From Macrostomum hystrix (lineage: Eukaryota; Animalia; Platyhelminthes): a stretch of 64,000 bases of DNA. The stretch covers positions 20,398,001 to 20,462,000 of the forward strand of contig CATNEN010000038.1 of assembly GCA_950097015.1 (NCBI GenBank), given 5' to 3'. Shown piece after piece: positions 1 to 12,791 of the stretch. Under the pieces are notes generated by a model. It saw only the letters and a list, made by a program, of their open reading frames with translations, did no database searches and was not told the origin of the DNA. Each line of letters opens with the position of its first letter. Position 1 is the first letter of the stretch. The position numbers and the translations under genes are program-made.

Positions 1-3000
1 GTCGGGCGAGCGAGTTGATTCGCGCCGGCTGCATTGCCGCCATCGCCTGCCTGATGACTTTTATTAGCGTTGCCGCAGCTGCTACTAACAGTAATAATGC
101 TAGTAATACTACTGACAGTAGTGCTGATGACAAATTTAATTCCACTGAATCCGACGCAGCCAAAATGTTTCTAATTGGCTGCCTAAAGTTGATCGCTCTG
201 GCCCGCCTATACGAAGCCTGCTGTCGGGCTAGTCGACTGGGTGTCACCCGGTGGCTTGGTCCGGCCGCTGTCATGACCATGGCCTGCTGTCCTCTAGTTT
301 GGCTGTGCAGAATTAGCGGCGTCGGCGGGCCATTAACTCTCTGCCGTCCAACTGAATTAGCGGCCTATTTTGTATTGATGCTGGATTTAAATTGCCTGTT
401 TAGAGCGGCTGTGGCTGCGACATCAACAGCGACTGCTACTACTCATGAGTCTGTTAGTTGCAAAAATGTTGCTCCTAGTTGCCAACTGGACAGGGTGAGG
501 CTTACTGAAACTGACGTCGATCATATGCACTTTCTGTCTGACGATCTCTTAATGCTCTCACTGACTTGTCATACCACCGACCTTGTCAAATTCATCGACA
601 AGACACTACTCAGCTTGCACCCCTTGTCACTCTCCAGCGACCTTGTCACACTCCAGTTAACCGTGTCACACTCCAGCGACCTTCTCACACTACACTAACC
701 TTGTCACTCTCCAGCGACCTTGTCACACTCCACTCACCTTGTCACACTCCACTCACCTTGTCACTCTCCAGCGACCTTGTCACACTCCAGCGACCTTGTC
801 ACACTCCACTCACCTTGTCACTCTCCAGCGACCTTGTCACACTCCAGTGACCTTGTCACACTCCACTCACCTTGTCACTCTCCAGCGACCTTGTCACACT
901 CCACTCACCTTGTCACACTCCAGCGACCTTGTCACACTCCAGTGACCTTGTCACACTCCACTCACCTTGTCACACTCTACTCACCTTGTCACACTCTACT
1001 CACCTTGTCACACTTCAGTCACCTTGTCACACTCCACTCACCTTGTCACACTCCACTCACCTTGTCACACTCCAGTGACCTTGTCACACTCCACTCACCT
1101 TGTCACACTGCAGGTCATCGCTGGGCCCGTTATCTCCATGGCCACCGCCTACGCATTCAAAGGCGCCAGTTTTTTTATTGGCGGCCGCATAGCTGCCAAC
1201 AATGTATCACCGCAGCTGTGCCAGGTGTGCTACACTATGGCTTTGGCGTTGACTACGTGCGCCTGTTTGCACGTTACCCTGCTGCCCGCCTTCTTAGTAA
1301 GACTATCCGACACCGGTCCTGTTCGTCGGTTGGTTCCCATTGCATTGGATAGTGCCCCAACTGATGCTAGCTACTATTATCAGTACTACGGCAGCAGGAA
1401 ACAGGAGATCAAAGCTGTGATGGTTGCCGGGGTGCTGCTCCTGCAGTCGCTGGGTGGCGAAGCTGGCGATCACCTACTAGGCAGATTGTGCTCTCTAATG
1501 TCTTCCCCAGCTTGGGATCTGTGCTTAGCCCTGCCATATTGCATCTACCTGTGCGTACAGTTCGCGGTGTGCGAGCAGGCTTCGAATCTTGTTGAAATTG
1601 GCACGAATGATAGTAAGGTCAGTCCTGTTAGCTCGGCTGCTGCTTCCATCAGCCCTAGTTGCAGTGTTTACACGCAGACTGAACCAGTCTGGCGCAAGCG
1701 CGTTCTGTCGGAGACTTCTTCGTGTTTGTCTTCGGCGCCATCGCCGCAGCATTTAACTGAATTGCGACATACCTTGCGTCAGCAGAGTCTGTCCGTATCT
1801 ATTCAGCAACAGCAGCAGCAACAGCGATCCTTAGATGAGCTTCTTCGACTGCTCCGAAGTGACGGCGGCGCCGCAGCTGGTTGCCTAGGCAACGCGGAAT
1901 ATCTAAGCCTGATGCGCGCCGGCCATGTTAAGCCGCGCCAGCTTGAAAGCCTGACTGGCTGTCCAAACAGGTCGGTAGAGTTGCGACGGCTGCACCTGGC
2001 AGCTAGCCTGGGACCCGCCGGATTATCTGGCTCTGTGCTGGCTCACATTCCCTATCAGGATTACGACTGGAAGCAGGTGAGAATTCTGTTATCCTCGGTT
2101 AATTCAGTGAGGATACGCTATCCACCGGTACCTTCTTACTAAGTTAATTCTACTTCTGGTCCATTGCGCCATCAGGTTACTGGTCGCTGCTGTGAAGAGG
2201 TCATTGGCCTGGCCACCCTGCCGCTTGGTCTAGCCGGACCCCTGCTAGTTAACGGCGTGGAGCATCGACTACCGCTAGCAACCACCGAGGGCTGCCTGGT
2301 AGCCTCAGTAAATCGCGGCTGCGCAGTTGTTCGCTCAGCCGGCGGCTGTCAGGCCAGAGTCTATCGCGACGGTATGACTAGGGCTCCTGTGCTGGCCTTT
2401 CCAAGCGTTGACCAAGCTGTTCAATGCCTGCAGTTTGCCGAATCAGAGGCTGGGCAGAATCTGGCGTCTAGTGCTTTTGAGGTTCACATTTTTATTTCTG
2501 TTGTCTGGGGAGAGGCGCCTTTTCTAGATCCCTAAATATTTTATTCACCTTGCTCAATTAATTTTTCCGTTTTCCTAATCCCTAAATTGATTATCCACAT
2601 TTCCCGATTGAGTATCCACTTTCACTATTCCCATATCCCCAAAAAGGTATCCACCTTTACCAAATACCACATTGAATATCCACCTTTCCCAGATCCCCTA
2701 ATTGAGTATCCACCTTTCCCAGATCCCCTAATTGAGTATCCACCTTTCCCAGATCCCCTAATTGAGTATCCACCTTTCCCAGATCCCCTAATTGAGTATC
2801 CACCTTTGTCAGATCCCCAATTACAGTATCCACCTTTCCCAGATCCCCAATTAGAGTATCCACCTTTCCCAGATCCCCAATTAGAGTATCCACTTTTTCC
2901 AGATTTCCAAAGTGATTATCCACTTTTCCCAGATCCCCAATTAGAGTATCCACTTTTTCCAGATTTCCAAATTGATTATCCGCTTTTCCCAGATGTCAAA

Positions 3001-4466
3001 AGCGATGATTCACCTTTGTCAGATCCATATATTGGGTATCGACCATTCTATTTCTCTCTTAGTTGAGCGTCCAGCTTTTCCCAATCTAAGCCAGTATCCG
3101 TTAATCCTTGCAGGCCACCTCCAGTCATTGCCGCCTGCGCTCTGTAACCTGCCTACTGGCTGGCAGGCGGCTCCACCTGCGCTACTGCGCCGAGACTGGC
3201 GACGCTATGGGCATGAATATGCTGTCTAAGGCTGCCGAAGCTGCCGTCTCGGCTCTGCTATCCAGATTTCCCGAGGCCCGTTTAATCAGCCTGTCTGGCA
3301 ACGCTTGCTCGGATAAAAAGCCGACTGCTATTAATTGGATTCTTGGACGTGGAAAGTCGGTTGTTTGTGAGGTTGGTTGGCTGGTCTGTTTGTATTGCGT
3401 GCTGTTCAGTCCGTGGACTGGGGCCGCCACACAATGCTGGGGCCCTTTTCGCAGTTTAGTGTCATTGGATGCTTAGTATGCTTAGGGTGCCTAGCCTTTA
3501 TGCTGTGTTATGTACTCACTGTACCTTAATCGGATGACCCTAATAGGTCGAAATCTTCGCTGTTCACTCCTCGCCGTATTCTCGCCATTTAAAATTCGCC
3601 ATTTTATTCTTGCTATTTATTCTTATACTTTTATCCTCGCCATTCTATTCTCAGCACTATATCCATTTCTTAACGGACGGAATCCTTGCTATTATATCCT
3701 CGCCATTAAATCCTCGCCATTAAATCCTCGGCATTCTATCCTCGCCATTATATCCTTGCCTTTTTATCGCTAAAATTGAATCCTCGCCATTCAATCATTG
3801 GCATTTAATGCTTTTATTGTTACGCTATATAGCGTATAGCGTATATATTTTTTTGTTTACAAGTTTTTTAGTTTTACTATGTATCATTGCACGCATGTTG
3901 CCATAGTAACGCTAGCATATGTTCTCTCAATTATTCAAGTCCCATCCTTCTTCTTTCGCTCGCAGGCCCGCCTACCCGCCGCTCTCGTCCGGTCAACCCT
4001 GCGAGCATCTCCAGCCGATTTAGTGGCCCTACACCGGGCTAAGAATCTCGAGGGCAGCGCCATCGCCGGCTCAGTTGGCGGCTACAACGCCCACGCTGCC
4101 AACATTGCAGCCGCCGTGTTCATCGCCTGCGGCCAAGATCCGGCCCAGGTTGTCGAATCTAGTCAGGCGCTCACCTGCTTAGAACTACTGGACGATGATA
4201 ATAGTAACGATTTATACGCCAGCGTTACAATGCCCTGCCTTGAGGTTGGCGTTGTTGGCGGCGGCACGCATCTGCCAACCCAGAAGGCCTGCCTTCGCCT
4301 GATTGGCCTGTCCGAGGACCAGCCGGCAGCCTGTCTGGCCCAGGTGATCTGCGCCGGTGTACTATGCGCCGAAATCTCATTGTTAGCCGCTTTGGCTAAT
4401 CAGGAATTGGTGGCCAGTCACATGAAACTAAATCGGAGCAAACAGATGCACCAGATGCCTAGCTAG
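1..4466 (+). CDS. HMGCR: HMG-CoA reductase (class I), 5' end outside window; exons <1-494, 1114-2076, 2176-2481, 3114-3371, 3966-4466
   Basis: Four phase-0 GT-AG introns join the ORFs in frame. Catalytic-domain motifs: CCEEVIG, PLATTEGCLVASVNRG, DGMTRAPV, GDAMGMNM, SGNACSDKKPTAINW, GQDPAQ, and C-terminal HMKLNRS (catalytic His and AMPK-site Ser at the conserved spacing). Hydrophobic N-terminal region. Confidence 0.95.
620..1110. repeat. 19-bp minisatellite (accttgtcacactccactc / accttgtcactctccagcg) in HMGCR intron 1
   Basis: Direct tandem repeats; source of the spurious HSTHLVTL-type ORFs. Confidence 0.95.
2645..3030. repeat. 30-bp minisatellite (attgagtatccacctttcccagatccccta) in HMGCR intron 3
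   Basis: Tandem copies, degenerating towards both ends. Confidence 0.9.
3565..3805. repeat. Degenerate tcctcgccatt-core tandem repeat in HMGCR intron 4
   Basis: Recurrent (t)cctcgccatt(a) core. Confidence 0.6.
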
Positions 4467-7002
4467 ACTAGCGTTATTGCAGCCCGTTACACAGTTCTTT
4501 CCTAACTCATTTTATCATCTAATTTCAAGTATAGTTATCCAAATGAAAAAATAAGGTAGGTGATTTAGAATAGTTTTTTATAGTAAAAATAAATTCGTCT
4601 ATTTTATAATTATCTAAACGTGGAGTTTCTTTTTTAGATAAGCCCAATTTGCTTCCCATTTAATTGCCATATTAATCTCCATATTAATTGGATTCATTTT
4701 TGCACCTTTGACTTATGAATTATTGTCTTAGTGTTAGCATTTTAACCGTTTTATATCACTGATTAAACTTAAGATAAATCTGTTTTGTGTTACTAGCAAG
4801 CTTTCATTAAATTTTTGTTTGTCACTACTAAGATCGTCAGACGTAAGTAGTATATAGCTAGAAAGTAAGGCACCTATCGGTTTCGCTTGATTTGTAGTTT
4901 ACTGTGTTAGAGCAACATCTTTTTGTGGTATTTAATCAGCTGAAAAAAATATTTAAACTGAGTGATTGCTATCATGCATTATAACAACTTTGTTTTAACT
5001 ATTATTCAGCTTGCGATGTAAATCTTTTAACTACGATCTAGCTTAAACTACAGGTCAGTTTTGTTGTTACCCGCATTTTCGTTGTTGAACATCACCTATT
5101 ATCCAATTTAATTTACTAGTTTAATGTGCCGCTTTGGCTAGATCAGCTAAATAAAAAACCACAGAAGTCATAGTACATGTGCTAATATTATACTATTATA
5201 CTACTTAGTACTGCTTTACTTTACTATTATCATACTAATGTGATATAGTATATAGTTATAGTACATGTGTATGTATGTATGTATGTATAGGGAACTAAAG
5301 TATTGACATGGTTATTTAGAAATAAGAAAAGTGCATTTTGCTGTGGTAGTTCGTTCTTCACTTAGTTTGAACGAGCGCGCATGTTGGTCCCAAGTTACAA
5401 TTCGTTTAATCTCTGATCAGCGTCGCAATTAAATAAAATCTTTACTTTTTGTAGAAGATAAGTGGACATGCGTTGTTAGAATTTGATTGCGCACCAACTG
5501 CAAACTGCTTGCGACATATAGTGTTACCACATGGTTCATTATTCATTTCAACGGCTTTTAACTTTTTATCATAATATCATAACTCTCATATAAAATGAAA
5601 GCAGCTCCTTAAAAACAGAATGTTTTTACACTAATTTAACAGTATTAACTACAGAAACTAGATTAACAGTACCAGTACTCTTTATAACACTGTTTAACAG
5701 TATTATAAAATTCGAGGACTACGTAACAAGACTAAGAAGAAGTATGTTACTGGAGTCATTCGTAAAAAGTATAGAACGTTACTATCATAACTTCATGTGA
5801 ATTCGTGAGAAAACTATATTCAAAACCAGAGGCGAAACGAAACAAAGGAGATGTGCCATCTTGCTTGAGCAGTACGAAGAATCGAATGATTGTTTTCTTT
5901 TTCGTCTTGACTAAGTAAATTCACTCCGGAGCTAAAAAATTCTAATATTCTAACTATAACAAAGTCATACAACAGCCTAACTTAATGTACGTTATTTTTT
6001 CATAAATGTGTACTTTTTAAAGATAATTTCATTTTAAATTTTCATAATTTTTTCCTTTTCCAGAGAAAAGGATCGTTTTATAGAATTTCTTAAGGAATCG
6101 ACTGTACATTCAATATGTACATACATTCAGTCGCCGATAGTCTTATTAGTCTTGCCTTTAGATGACTAATGGCTAGCTAATGCACTTGCCACTAAAAATT
6201 CTGTAGTCTAGCAGTTCTTCCTGATTTTCTTTAGCACAATAAATAAATATATTATAAAATTTTTTTGTGCATAACTTTATTTATTCTAAAAAATGGTACT
6301 TCTAATTTATTTTTGTAGCTAGACTTAGCCAGAGCCAGAGGCCTAGGCATAGACCAAGCCTAGGCCTATAGCTTGCGACATAGACCTACCATCGACCATG
6401 TCACGTCATGGTTAGTTATATGCTTAAGGCTCTTAGCATAGTGCTATCTCCGCTAAGAGGACTTATTGGAGTTAGGTCATAGGAGTCATTAGGTCATTTA
6501 AGTTGATTTTAAAAATATAATTATACTGATGACAGACATAAGGGTAAGGCAAACCTTTGCATTTAATGGCAATAAAAAAACAAACAAGTAGGCCTAGGCC
6601 TATGCTTATCTGCTTTTCTCAAATGCAAAACACTTCTATTTGCCTTTCAAATCTTAATAAAAGTCAAATAAAGCTTATTTTAATGGCATAGTATTGTACA
6701 TGTTTGTTTACACTATGCTACTAATATTTGTTAATTTTAGGATAAAGCCTATAATTTGTCATGGGACATGTAGTAACATGTTTTGTTGTATATTCTACTA
6801 GAAAAAGCCAAGGATCATGTTACTATAATAGCTAGCTATGATAAAGAAAAAATAGGGACATGTTTAATTACAATACAAGGCTAAGATACAATATAATTGG
6901 CTTTATAATTAATTATTACAAATACTAGGCCTAAACAATTTTGTGTGTTATTTACTTTAAAAGTAGCTATTGCTTAAAATTTTATAGACATATTTTCGTA
7001 CA

Positions 7003-7775
7003 TTGTAACCTAGTGGTTAGTGTTGGACTCACAATGTAAAGGTGGGGTTTTATGGCATAAGTATGGTTTTGTTTGTTAAACTCAAATTTGCAAGAAAAAC
7101 AATAACTGGCATAACAAGGATAACAGGTAACATTGAGAAATGTCAGAATAATGTCCTTTGGGTAGAAGCTAGGGCCTACAGCAGAAGCTACAGCGGGTAC
7201 TGCTCCGTGATACAGTGTAGGAAGTGCCGGAAGTGGGGACGCGGGAACTTCTTGTGCCACAGAAATTCCTGCAGGTACGTTTTAAATAGCTGCGGCTGCA
7301 TGCCATACATGTTACGCAACTTGCATTTCGCATGGGGCCCACGTACCCTCCACAAGACAGCATGCATGGATGCATGGCGGGGATGAGGACAATCGGTGCT
7401 GATGGGCATCTGCCAGCCATATTGATAAGTATCTGATTTGAATTTTAAATCACGCTCCTCATCAGCACAAATGCCACGTCAGTGCCACCAACCATGGGGT
7501 ATATTTTGGCCATAGAAACTGCCACGTCAGTACTTAAATTTCAAATAGTCTATCATTACGGTCTTAGATTTTGATTTTTTTCACTAATTTGAGTTTAACA
7601 AACAAAACCATACTTATGCCGGTTTTATTTCCAACTATAACCAAAAATTCATGTCTTACCAAGAGACCTAACTCTGTATTGTCTGAGTTAAAATGGGTAC
7701 CAGCATCAGCTACCATAATTAAGGGTAGGAGTCACGCCCCCCTATTCCATGGACTGAACAGCAGTATGCAGGTCT
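7003..7775 (+). mobile_element. Degenerate SINE family A copy, split by a Merlin insertion
   Basis: 7003-7053 matches the tRNA-like head, and 7629-7775 the body (aaatgggtaccagcatcagct...tccatggactgaacagc), of the full copy at 45691-46015. Confidence 0.8.
7054..7620 (-). mobile_element. Non-autonomous Merlin (IS1016/IS1595-like) DNA transposon, 567 bp
   Basis: Perfect 35-bp TIRs (ggcataagtatggttttgtttgttaaactcaaatt; 7054-7088 and 7586-7620). 8-bp TSD ggttttat (7046-7053, 7621-7628). Minus-strand remnant KCKLRNMYG..FKTYLQEFLWHKKF..CITEQYPL resembles a Merlin/ISXO2 transposase C-terminus. Confidence 0.85.
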
Positions 7776-8544
7776 AATTAATTCTTATAATTCTTATGGG
7801 TATATAGTTTTTTATTTTATTATTTGCTTAATGACAATAAAAACAATTTAGTAAATAATGGCTAGTTAAATTTTAAGTCTTTATTAAAGAAAAATAACTA
7901 TTAAATTCTATTTTTCATAAGTACAATAAAATACTTTCTTTTAAATATAATATGCACAATCTAAAATATTACATTTTGAATTAATCTAATAGTGTTTTCA
8001 ATTACAAGGCACAACTAGCTTTAGGGCCTATCAAAATGATTTTAAGCAAGAAGTACAAGAATGTTTTAGTACAACAGGGTGTAAATTAAATTGTTCTATA
8101 TAATAAAAAATCTCTATCTTACAAATAGTATGTCTATCAAGTATAGTGTATTATTAGCATAGGTATAATTAAAAGTATATATAATAGTTTCAAATGTACA
8201 AACAAATTTTAACAAGGTTCCCTAATAAATATATACTATTTCAGCAAGAAAATGAAAAATAGTTTTCAACGCTATCAGAATATTAATTAGTTGTCTACTA
8301 AATGTATCCCACAAATACAAAACAAAATCTTAGATAAGAATTTGAGAAAGAGTCAATTTCACTGTTAATATAGGATATCGAAAAATACTGAAATTGGAAG
8401 TTGAAAGTGGCTAAAATCTTCTCAGAAAGTATCTTTTCTCAGAAAAATCTCAGAAAGAAGATTTTAGACCTCTGAAACTCAGAGATAAAAAGTTTGAATC
8501 TTAGCTCCAAATAGTTTTTCTTCTAGCAAACCTTTATTCCTTAT

Positions 8545-8635
8545 CGCTTCAGTTCACCTGTTGTGTAAATTAGACTTTGTTGGCAGCATTACTTACTGGG
8601 GTATAAATTTAGAATACACCCAGTCCATAGACTGG
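8545..8635 (+). mobile_element. Short degenerate SINE family A fragment
   Basis: gcttcagttcacctgtt ... cccagtccatagactg matches the body of the 45691-46015 copy. Confidence 0.5.
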
Positions 8636-8918
8636 TTAGGCTTTTGCATCGTCATTGGCTCTTTAAAAAGTATTATATAATGTTTTGTAAATAAACTTTT
8701 ACTATTTTAAGGGCTCCATTGTGGTCGCCAGACCGTCTGGTAAGACTTAAAACTAGCACTGGCGCTCGGCCTGTCTACCTAGCAACCGCCAGTGAAGTTT
8801 CAAACGCAAACCCAACTGCCTAACTGATTAACTATAAACAAATAACAAACGCCACAAAGGATTGCTAGTGTAGCAGGCAATTAGCTAGAGCCTGATTCCC
8901 CTGGTGCTCCAAATCGGT

Positions 8919-11900
8919 ATGGCCACCGCCAATGGTGGCAAAAATGGCGGCTGCATCGGCGGCGGCCTAAGCCCCGACTCGTCCGGCCAGCCAATGAGTG
9001 ACAGGCGCAGCATAGAAGATCTGCTAGCTGGCGAAGATTTGTCCTACATGGATGATAGTAGCAGCGATTCGTCTGTTAGGGACGGCGATAATTTACTAGA
9101 CGACGACGCTGTTGATGCGGCAGATGTTGCCGATGCCGCTTGGCATTATCAGCAGTATCAGCGACATCAGCAGCAGCAGCTGCAATTTCCCGAAGTTGTT
9201 GGGCAACATATTAAACCTGACAGTTCTGTGAGTTTCTTCGTTGATTCAATAAAATTAATCCCATTTTTAAGCTTAGATTATAGATATTCTAGGTAAGAAA
9301 TTGTTTGTGAGTAAAGCTAGATAGGTAGCCAGTAGCAAAATTTGGCTTGTAATTAATTAATTAACTTTCTGTCTCTCCAAATAGTGAAAGTATGTGGAAT
9401 AAAATAATTAGTTCCTTTATTTCTGTTAGCTTCGCTAAATGCTCCAGTTTCGACTAGTTTAGAATCGACTTATAAATTAGGAGACGAGTACTAAGACTGT
9501 CTTACTATTTTTGTTGCTAAAAAATAATTTAAATTTCGTCAACAATGCTCCACAGTTACTACTGGAAAGACTACTGTCCGATCAGTCTAGCCCCGTCAAT
9601 GGCGGCTCTGGCGGCAACCTGTCGCCAGTCATCCAGCGCAAAGGCATCAATCTGAATTGCGAGGTTGCTGGACAGGTTCCAGATGCGGACGAAGATCGAG
9701 ACGATGTCGACGATGGCTTAGCTGTCGATGCCGCCGACGATGATCGATTGCGCGTCAACGATGCAGCGCCTAGTCTGGACGCCGGTTTGAGAAGTCCGCC
9801 AGATGGCGGCTCCGACACCGAATCCCTGCCGGAGAGTATTTATCATCAGCCGCCAAAGGCTGCGGATCGAGAAGCCGCCGCCAGATTGGCTCGTCGGCTC
9901 TACCTGCTGGAGGGCTTCAAATTCACCGACGTTGCTAAACACCTGTCTAGGAAGAACGATTTCAATACTATTGTTGGCGAAGAGTATGCTAATAATTTCG
10001 ACTTCTCGGATGATACATTAGATGCTGCATTGCGCAAGTTTTTAAGCAGATTCTGCCTGCTTGGCGACACTGCCGATCAGGTGCGTTTTACCTGTTATCT
10101 TCTGCTTCATTCACCTGTTATCTTCTGCTTCATTCACCTGTTATCTTCTGCTTCATTCACCTGTTATCTTCTGCTTCATTCACCTGTTATCTTCTGCTTC
10201 ATTCACCTGTTATCTTCTGCTTCATTCACCTGTTATCTTTTGCTTCATTAACCTGTTATCTTCTGCTTCATCACCTGTTATCTTCTGCTTCATTCACCTG
10301 TTATCTTCTGCTTCATTCACCTGTTATCTTCTGCTTCATTCACCTGTTATCTTCTGCTTCATTCACCTGTTATCTTCTGCTTCATTCACCTGTTATCTTC
10401 TGCTTCATTCACCTGTTATCTTCTGCTTCATTCCCCTGTTATCTTCTGCTTCATTCACCTGTTATCTTCTGCTTCATTCACCTGTTATCTTCTGCTTCAT
10501 TCCCCTGTTATCTTCTGCTTCATTCACCTGTTATCTTCTGCTTCATTCACCTGTTATCTTCTGCTTCATTCCCCTGTTATCTTCTGTTTCATTCACCTGT
10601 TATCTTCTGCTTCATTCACCTGTTATCTCCTGCTTCATTCACCTGTTAATTTGCGTCAATCGAACCAAAAATAGCTTTTTAATTGTGCTTCTTTTGTCTT
10701 TAATAGTTTAACCGTGTAAAAATCCTTTATCCCCTGCCCCGTTACCATCGTGCTCAGGAGCGAGTGCTGCTCCATTTTGCCAAATCCTATTTGCGCTGCA
10801 ATCCGGGCAGTTATCCCAGCGCCGACTCCTGCCACACACTGGCATGCGCTCTGCTGCTATTAAACAAAGACCTGCACGGCATGGCAGGCCAACGCATGAC
10901 CAGCCAGCAGTTTATTGACAATCTGGCCAACCTAAACGAAGGCGATAATTATCCGCGCGAAGTGCTGAAATCGCTCTATCAGGCTATTAGGGCTCAGCCG
11001 ATTCTGCAGCCGGCCAGTGTGCCCATACTGTCGCCGCAGGCGCAGCAGCAGCAGCAGCAGCACCTGCTGATGCAGACTGGCATTGGCAGCAACGGAGGCG
11101 GTGGAATCTGCGTCCTTCGGCCGACTCCGCAGCATCCTAGCGGCGGCATCAACGGTCCGGCCATGGATTCCTCCGGTTCGCCGACTATTCTGCCGCCGCA
11201 CGAGCAGCAGTTGCTTCATCAGCAGCAGCAGCAGCAGTCAGGTCCGGGCATTGAATTCCGTCGCGGCTACCTGGCCCGGAAGCAGGTACTGGACGCCGGC
11301 GGTCGACGAACACGAAAAGGTCGCCGCGCTTGGCGAAGAATCTACTGCGTATTGACCGACCTGCGATTGGCCGTGTACAAAGACGAATCGGCAGCCGAGG
11401 CTTCGGCTGCAACGGCTGCCGGCTCGGCGACGCCGCCCGCGCCTGCAGACGAGCTCCGGGTTCATCACGCCCTAGCTAGTCCGGCCGAGGACTACGCCAA
11501 ACGGCGCCACGTCTGGCGACTGAGGCTGGCAAACGGCGCCGAGCTGCTGTTGCAGAGCCAATCGCCAGACGATTTGGCCGACTGGGTGGCCGCGGTCAAC
11601 AGGTCGGCGGCTCTGCTGTCTTCTCCGGCGTTGCCACCGCCGGTGGGCAGTCAGCCGGCTTCCGCCTATGCCAGGCCGTTGCTGCCCAGCGTGCCCAGCC
11701 ACTTCGGACCTGTTGAGCAACTGGAGAGACACCTGGAACAGGTGAGGAGGGTGGAGCCTGTGCTCAGTTTGCTATCTTAACTTTTTTCATCCCCTTTCTT
11801 TTAGTTGCCATTCCAATTCACAGGTCTCAGTTTTTTTATTCTACTTTAATTTCGGGTTGTACCTTTATATCCCGCTGAGTCTTCGGGTTGTACTTTTATT

Positions 11901-12791
11901 TCTTGTACAGTGTTCGGGTTGTACTTTTATCTCGCTGATTGTTTAGCTCCTATTTTGAATTCTTCACGAGACTTGGGGTTTTAGTTTTATATTTCTTTGA
12001 GTAATCGGGTTGCACTTTTAACTAGTCTCCAATTCTTCTGGTTGTACTTTTATTTCCCGTGAAAATGGTTACGTTGTTTTTTCCTTTTTTGCTTTTGTTT
12101 TATACTTTTCATTGTGTGCACTTATTATATTATATTTTAGGTGTTGCAAATTGAACGAGAACTGCAATTTCTGTCCGATTCCGGTTTCAACAATAACATC
12201 GCCGCCTCCGCCGCCGCCAACGCCTCAACCGGCTTGGCGGACAACAACAACGGCGCACCAGTTAGTAACGATGGCAGCCCGGCTGTTTCCATGGCAACAA
12301 CAAATCCGTCGCCGGCAATATTGCGACGTCAAAACTCTACAGGTAGCAGCGGCAGCGGCGCCGCCCCCGCCTCCTCTTCGTCCTCAAATTCAAGCTTGGA
12401 GCATCAGCGCCACGTTGCCTTCCTACAGAGCGAAGTGGTGCGATACAAGACTTATGCTCGCCTGCTGGAACTCATGGCCGCCGCATCGGCCGATTTGCAT
12501 CAGCAATACCAGCAGCATCACCAGTTGCAACAATTGCAACTGCAACAATACCAACTGCAACAGCTGCAATTGCAGCAGAATCAAATGCATCAATTGTTAC
12601 CATTGAAGTCGCCGCAGTCGCCGCTATTTGAAGACGCCGTAACTACGCCCACATCCGCTGCGACATCCGAGTTGCTAGTCGAATCGCCGACATTTGGCAA
12701 CAGCGGAGCTTTCCGACCACCGCCGCCGCCGACGCCGTCGACTGCAACGACAACTGGCCCAATCAGTGGTGATCTGTACGAGATTGTGTGA
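8919..12791 (+). CDS. PSD: PH and Sec7 domain Arf6 GEF (PSD/EFA6 family), ~822 aa; exons 8919-9227, 9556-10080, 10758-11741, 12141-12791
   Basis: Sec7 (AARLARRLYLLEGFKFTDVAKHLSRKNDF...LDAALRKFL...ERVLLHF...HTLACALLLLNKDLHG), PH domain (GYLARKQVLDAGGRRT..GRRAWR...HHALA...YAKRRHVWRL), LPPPVGSQ..RPLLPS motif and C-terminal coiled coil (FLQSEVVRYKTY). Three phase-0 GT-AG introns. Start codon is inferred. Confidence 0.92.
10089..10648. repeat. 23-bp minisatellite (cacctgttatcttctgcttcatt) filling PSD intron 2
   Basis: ~24 near-identical tandem copies. Confidence 0.95.
11850..12062. repeat. Degenerate ~30-bp repeat (cgggttgtacttttat core) in PSD intron 3
   Basis: Core recurs about six times. Confidence 0.6.

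Noticed and set aside
566-1352. Overlapping repetitive ORFs (HSTHLVTL...), and similar ORFs at 2587, 10061, 17375, 27333, 29707-30448 and 34291-34843
   Set aside because: They are translations of intronic minisatellites; the flanking exons splice around them in frame
9582-11732. Antisense and alternate-frame ORFs over the PSD exons (likewise over HMGCR, BRSK, NR and UTP15 exons)
   Set aside because: Shadow ORFs expected from GC-rich coding sequence; no domain signatures
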